Source of the DNA: Enoplolaimus lenunculus
Taxonomy: Eukaryota
Length of the DNA stretch: 64,000 nucleotides
Reading direction: 5' to 3'
Assembly: GCA_030248215.1 (NCBI GenBank)
Contig: JASANG010000727.1
Location: forward strand, 186,001-250,000
The number at the start of each line of letters is the position of its first letter. Positions within the stretch are counted from its first letter, which is position 1. Shown here one piece after another: positions 60,001 through 64,000 of this stretch. The position numbers were made by a program, and so were the translations under genes. The notes beneath the pieces were generated by a model. That model worked only from the letters and a program-made list of their open reading frames with translations. It had not been told where the DNA came from and searched no databases.

Positions 60001-60227
60001 GTGAAGACGATGCTCAAGCTGTGTTGCCACCTCAACTTCGCCAACAAGATAATAACGCAAGATTCAGCCGACTTGGGGTTCCGGTCAATGAGAGTACAGC
60101 CCGTACCATTCCGCCAGCTTTCTGCATTTCGCCTGTAACACTCGCTGTTACTGCATCAATTGCACTAATTGCAATTGTATCGCTGATTGCAGTTGCGATT
60201 ATGGCATCGTTTAGAATGAAACGTTAA
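53844..60227 (+). CDS. cut-1: Cuticlin-1-like ZP-domain protein C, 6 exons: join(53844..54032,54995..55135,56852..57015,57611..57716,59058..59225,59856..60227), 379 aa
   Basis: [10 protein letters not shown]...[16 protein letters not shown]; same intron positions and phases as A/B; more divergent C-terminal exon with TM segment. Confidence 0.93.
54530..54982. mobile_element. Family B MITE with internally amplified telomere-repeat module
   Basis: TIRs, TSD caattttt/aaattttt; ~9 copies of (GCCTAA)n-GCGTTGCAAAAATGAGTTCCTAA. Confidence 0.88.
54995..55135 (+). CDS. cut-1: Cuticlin C exon 2
   Basis: [19 protein letters not shown]...FHPMFVTK; tttaag / GTGAGT. Confidence 0.92.
55657..55855. mobile_element. 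Telomere-repeat MITE family A
   Basis: TSD gagtaaac/gagtaaat. Confidence 0.88.
55968..56106. repeat. (TTTG)n microsatellite
   Basis: Direct reading. Confidence 0.9.
56551..56748. mobile_element. Telomere-repeat MITE family B
   Basis: TSD gcaggtat/gcaagtat. Confidence 0.85.
56852..57015 (+). CDS. cut-1: Cuticlin C exon 3
   Basis: [16 protein letters not shown]...SPNGNPV; aaccag / GTAAAA. Confidence 0.92.
57185..57372. mobile_element. Telomere-repeat MITE family A
   Basis: TIRs, (TTAGGC)n. Confidence 0.82.
57611..57716 (+). CDS. cut-1: Cuticlin C exon 4
   Basis: [14 protein letters not shown]...VDDGA; ttttag / GTAAGT. Confidence 0.92.
57754..58143. mobile_element. TA-TSD MITE family G
   Basis: TA|CTGTAGCGATCCGAATAA...TTATTCGGGTCATTACAG|TA. 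Confidence 0.8.
59058..59225 (+). CDS. cut-1: Cuticlin C exon 5
   Basis: [19 protein letters not shown]...AITIK; ttacag / GTAAAT. Confidence 0.92.
59357..59541. mobile_element. Family B MITE with duplicated left end
   Basis: Two left TIRs (59357, ~59425); TSD aacttatt/aactcatt. Confidence 0.75.
59856..60227 (+). CDS. cut-1: Cuticlin C exon 6
   Basis: [11 protein letters not shown]...TM...RMKR*; tttcag acceptor. Confidence 0.92.
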   Translation, partial: EPGEECPVPQCPALRRARVQRSPQQLSIPAERMIGTVDVCSTIDALGLSEDDAQAVLPPQLRQQDNNARFSRLGVPVNESTARTIPPAFCISPVTLAVTASIALIAIVSLIAVAIMASFRMKR

Positions 60228-60847
60228 GATAGTGATACTCAAAGATTATAATTGTCAAGGCTCGTGAATTTTGTAGTATAAAAATGCCGTAATTTTAACC
60301 TTAAATACTCACTGAAAATTAAAATTAAGTGAAATTGTTGCCGAATTAAGTGTCGGTTTTACTTTACTATGGTGCTTGGTAAAGTTTTGTTTAGTTTAAA
60401 GCAAACACAATATTACATTTACTTAAAAATCAGGAAATGACAGCAGTAGTTCGACTTATTTACATTATTTATGCACAGATTTACTCAACAGTTAGTACAC
60501 TTATACTTAAAAAAGTTAGTAAAATATAACTAAAGTATTTTAAGTAGTGTTTTTACAGAGTTAGGTAAAACCATTTTTTCATAGGAAACATCAGACTAAA
60601 CATATCGATTATATATAACTAAATCAAAAGTATAAAGCTCTATGTTTATACAAGCGAAACCGAAACAAAAAGTAGTACCTTTTTCGAACGAACCTAGCGG
60701 TCGAATTAAATCTAACTTTACCGCAGAAATCGGCGTGATATTTTGAGTCACTTATTCAGATTTTTTTAGAGTATATTGTTTGCTGCGTATCTCTTATTGT
60801 GTGCGTCCTTGGCGTTGCAAATGATCCATATATGTGCATATTATGTG

Positions 60848-61031
60848 GGCCAATGTATAGAACAGGGTCGTAACAGTAGTATATAAGCCTAGCCTAAGCC
60901 TAACCGTAAAAATTCGCTTATACTTAAACCAAAACCTAAGCTTAAGCTTATCAAAAAATTGGTCTAAAGCCTAACTTTACTCTATTGCAGTCCCACAGAA
61001 AAACGTTCCGCTCCTGATCATTAAATGGGTC
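60848..61031. mobile_element. Telomere-repeat MITE family A
   Basis: GGCCAATGTATAGAACAGGG TIR. Confidence 0.8.
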
Positions 61032-61049
61032 ATTTTCTGTATCATCTAT

Positions 61050-61242
61050 ATGTATGTGGTAGGCCAATCTGCTATTCAGGCCACTTACCAATCGCTGTCC
61101 AAATAATCAAATCTGATTGTTCCATATGTTCAATAGCAGGTTTGCCCAGGCCACATTGCTATTACATAAAATAGCAGATTTAGCCTAGGCCAATTAGTAA
61201 GTAATTGGCCTGAATAGCAGATTGGCGTACGAAATGTACATG
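61050..61242. repeat. Inverted-repeat (foldback) element
   Basis: GCCAATCTGCTATTCAGGCCA ... TGGCCTGAATAGCAGATTGGC. Confidence 0.65.
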
Positions 61243-61373
61243 AACTTATCATGATTGAGGGTATAATTCACTTATTTTTTAAATATATTGAATAATATGT
61301 CAAATAAACTATGAAACAAATGATGAATTGAAACGAGCAGTTTTATTCAATCATTAATCTAAACGACGGTGTT

Positions 61374-62047
61374 GATTCCAGTTCGGATAATTTTCAACAT
61401 GGATTCCAGTTTGGATAATTTTCAGCATGGATTCCAGTTCGGATAATTTTCAACATGGATTCCAGTTCGGATAATTTTCAACTTGGATTGTTCGGATAAT
61501 TTTCAACATGGATTGTTCGGATAATTTTCAACATGGATTGTTCGGATAATTTTCAACATGGATTGTTCGTATAATTTTCAACTTGGATTGTTCGGATAAT
61601 TTTCAACATGGATTGTTCGGATAATTTTCAACATGGATTGTTCGGATAATTTTCAACATGGATTGTTCGGATAATTTTCAACATGGATTGTTCGGATAAT
61701 TTTCAACATGGATTGTTCGGATAATTTTCAACATGGATTGTTCGGATAATTTTCAACATGGATTGTTCGGATAATTTTCAACATGGATTGTTCGGATAAT
61801 TTTCAACATGGATTGTTCGGATAATTTTCAACATGGATTGTTCGGATAATTTTCAACATGGATTGTTCGGATAATTTTCAACATGGATTGTTCGGATAAT
61901 TTTCAACATGGATTGTTCGGATAATTTTCAACATGGATTGTTCGGATAATTTTCAACATGGATTGTTCGTATAATTTTCAACATGGATTGTTCGGATAAT
62001 TTTCAACATGGATTGTTCGGATAATTTTCAAAATGGATTCCAGTCCG
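61374..62047. repeat. 25-bp minisatellite (GGATTGTTCGGATAATTTTCAACAT)n with 28-bp variant units at both edges
   Basis: Period 25 in the interior; GGATTCCAGT variant in the first units and at 62036. Confidence 0.95.
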
Positions 62048-62387
62048 AATAGTTTCCAGCAACAACTAAACCTTAGGGGCAGAGCAACAACAAACTGAAA
62101 TAATCCAGAAAGCAGAATTGCAACGGTTTGAAAATATCAACAAAATTGAAAACACATTTTTCGAAACAGAAAGATGAGTCTGTCCAGTTAAATTTTATTC
62201 ATTGCTAAAGCGTAAACATTATTTCACAAAATGCCAAATTTTTCATCTTTGTAGTAATCCATTTGGTTTTTAATTGACGCCGAAAAAATCTCGTCACTGT
62301 CGCGTCCTGTTACGGTCGGCTGTGCTGTTGATTTTAAGCTTAAAGCATTCTTATAGCATTCGGTTAATTTGAATGCGCTTGTATATA

Positions 62388-62640
62388 CACTGTAAATTGT
62401 AATGAGTTGATTAATCAACTCAACTGAGTTAGTTGTTTTTGAATTAATATTGTTAAACATTAATAACTCAATATGAGTCGAATTGATTCTCACTCTGAGT
62501 TGCGTTGATTGTTGCTGAGTTGTTTTAATTAACTCAGAACGGGTTGAATTGAATCAGAACGCTGAGTTTTGACAGTCCTAACTCAGATTGAGTGATATAA
62601 CTCGTTCTGAGTTAAAATCAACTCACTGAAATTTACAGTG
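62388..62640. mobile_element. CACTG MITE family D
   Basis: TA|CACTGTAAATT...AATTTACAGTG|TA. Confidence 0.82.
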
Positions 62641-62903
62641 TACACAGTGACGTGTATGCAAGGGGGTGCAAAGGGGATATAAAGTTCCTTTCAAAATTTT
62701 TGAAAAAGGAAGAAAAAGACGTACCCTTTTTAGGTTTTCGGGTAAACTGCTCAACCCAAGAAGTTTAATCATTTCTCGCTCGCTACTTTCGCTACATTAC
62801 TGTTCACTTTAAAGACATATTATCGTGCGCTTGTTGATTTTGACGTTGCGTTGACGTATTTATGGTAGTTTTTAATTCAATTAATCAAAATTTCAAAAAA
62901 ACA

Positions 62904-63136
62904 CACTGTATATTCCATTGAGTTGATTTATCAATTCAGCTAGCGAGTTAGTTATTTCTGAATTAATATCAGTAACCATTAACTCATTCTGAGTTGAGTT
63001 GACGCCGGTTGATTTGGTTAACTAACTAGGAATGAATTGAATCAACTAAAAATTCTGAGTTCTGATAGTCCTAGCTCTCAAACTGAATGATTCAACTCAT
63101 CCTGAGTTAAAAATCAACTGACTGAAATTTACAGTG
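62904..63136. mobile_element. CACTG MITE family D
   Basis: CA|CACTGTA...TACAGTG|CA, 2-bp TSD; inverted relative to 19253..19507. Confidence 0.82.
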
Positions 63137-63320
63137 CAGTAAAGTCGAATTAATTGTACAAACGTGTATAAAACGTTAAAACAGTCTGTAAAAACTGCTA
63201 CGCACGCGGTATTTTTTCGGCGATTACCACTTTTCGTGATTTGTTGAACGATTTACTAAAAATCATGTATATAAAATCGCTATGCTAAAAAAGTATATGC
63301 GATCCATGTACAACAATTAC

Positions 63321-63733
63321 TTGCTTGGGTGTGGTATTTTTATATAATTGTGTTTGTTAAAAATTCAAACATTGCAACAAAATAGTTGCAGACATATCGA
63401 ATAAACTACGACGCTAAAATTAATGATTATTTAGCAATCATTATATTTGTGATCCTCAAAGTAAAAATGTCAACTGAGCCGGGCAGAGAGAGAGCGTGCT
63501 TTGTTTTCAACCTTTTCAGAAAATGTTGCTTGGGTGTGGTATTTTTATATAATTGTGTTTGTTAAAAATTCAAAAATTGCAACAAAATAGTTGCAGACAT
63601 ATCGAATAAACTACGACGCTAAAATGAATGATTATTTAGTAATCATTATATTTGTGATCCTCAAAGTAAAAATGTCAACTGAGCCGGGCAGAGAGAGAGC
63701 GTGCTTTGTTTTCAACCTTTTCAGAAAATGTTG
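63321..63733. repeat. ~205-bp tandem duplication
   Basis: TTGCTTGGGTGTGGTATT at 63321 and 63526; near-identical copies. Confidence 0.9.
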
Positions 63734-63834
63734 AAATTTACCAAAACTTTAATGTTTACAGAAACAGCTTAAGTAATCCTTTATACAAAATGTAGATAGA
63801 ATGCGTGTATTGCGGAACAAATTACAGTTTTAAT

Positions 63835-64000
63835 GGCCCATGTATGGAACAGGGCCGGATCGTTTTCTGGAGGGGCTATAATAGAGTCAGTTTAAGCTTT
63901 ATATAGACTATTTTTTGCGTAGGCTGAGGCTTAGGCTTAGGAATAGGCTCATCCATACGCTTAGGCTTACGCTTGGGCATAGGCTTAGGAATATGCTTAT
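63835..64000. mobile_element. Telomere-repeat MITE family A (cut by window end)
   Basis: GGCCCATGTATGGAACAGGGCCGGA TIR, TTAGGC tract. Confidence 0.82.

Noticed and set aside
61374..62047. CRISPR-like regular repeats (also 53044..53430, 14005..14601)
   Set aside because: No unique spacers, no cas genes, eukaryotic context; plain tandem repeats

Overview
Eukaryotic, AT-rich, intron-rich genomic DNA, almost certainly from a nematode: it has cuticlin genes, TTTCAG/TTTTAG-type acceptors and many TTAGGC telomere-type hexamers. Four complete spliced genes can be built by hand with GT-AG introns and consistent reading phase. One is a 5-exon BPI/LBP/CETP-family lipid-binding protein (+, 7012..15123, 519 aa). 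The other three are 6-exon cut-1-like ZP-domain cuticlins: A (-, 27076..20243, 377 aa), B (-, 45867..40657, 377 aa) and C (+, 53844..60227, 379 aa; head-to-head with B). Introns and intergenic DNA are packed with non-autonomous DNA transposons. About 35 are GG..CC-ended MITEs with 8-9 bp TSDs (Merlin-like) that carry internal (TTAGGC)n tracts. Others are CACTG-ended with 2-bp TSDs (CACTA/EnSpm-like), TTAA-flanked piggyBac-like with a tRNA-like box A/B, hAT-like, TA-TSD, AT-TSD, or Helitron-like; several minisatellites are also present. Most notable: a ~27-copy array made from an amplified intron/exon junction; a duplicated 3' splice site in cuticlins A and B; patchy homogenisation between A and B; telomere-repeat-carrying MITEs; and a ~7.5-kb block free of those MITEs with no recognisable gene. 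No transposase, rRNA, CRISPR or clearly functional tRNA was found. All calls are by-eye readings without database searches.
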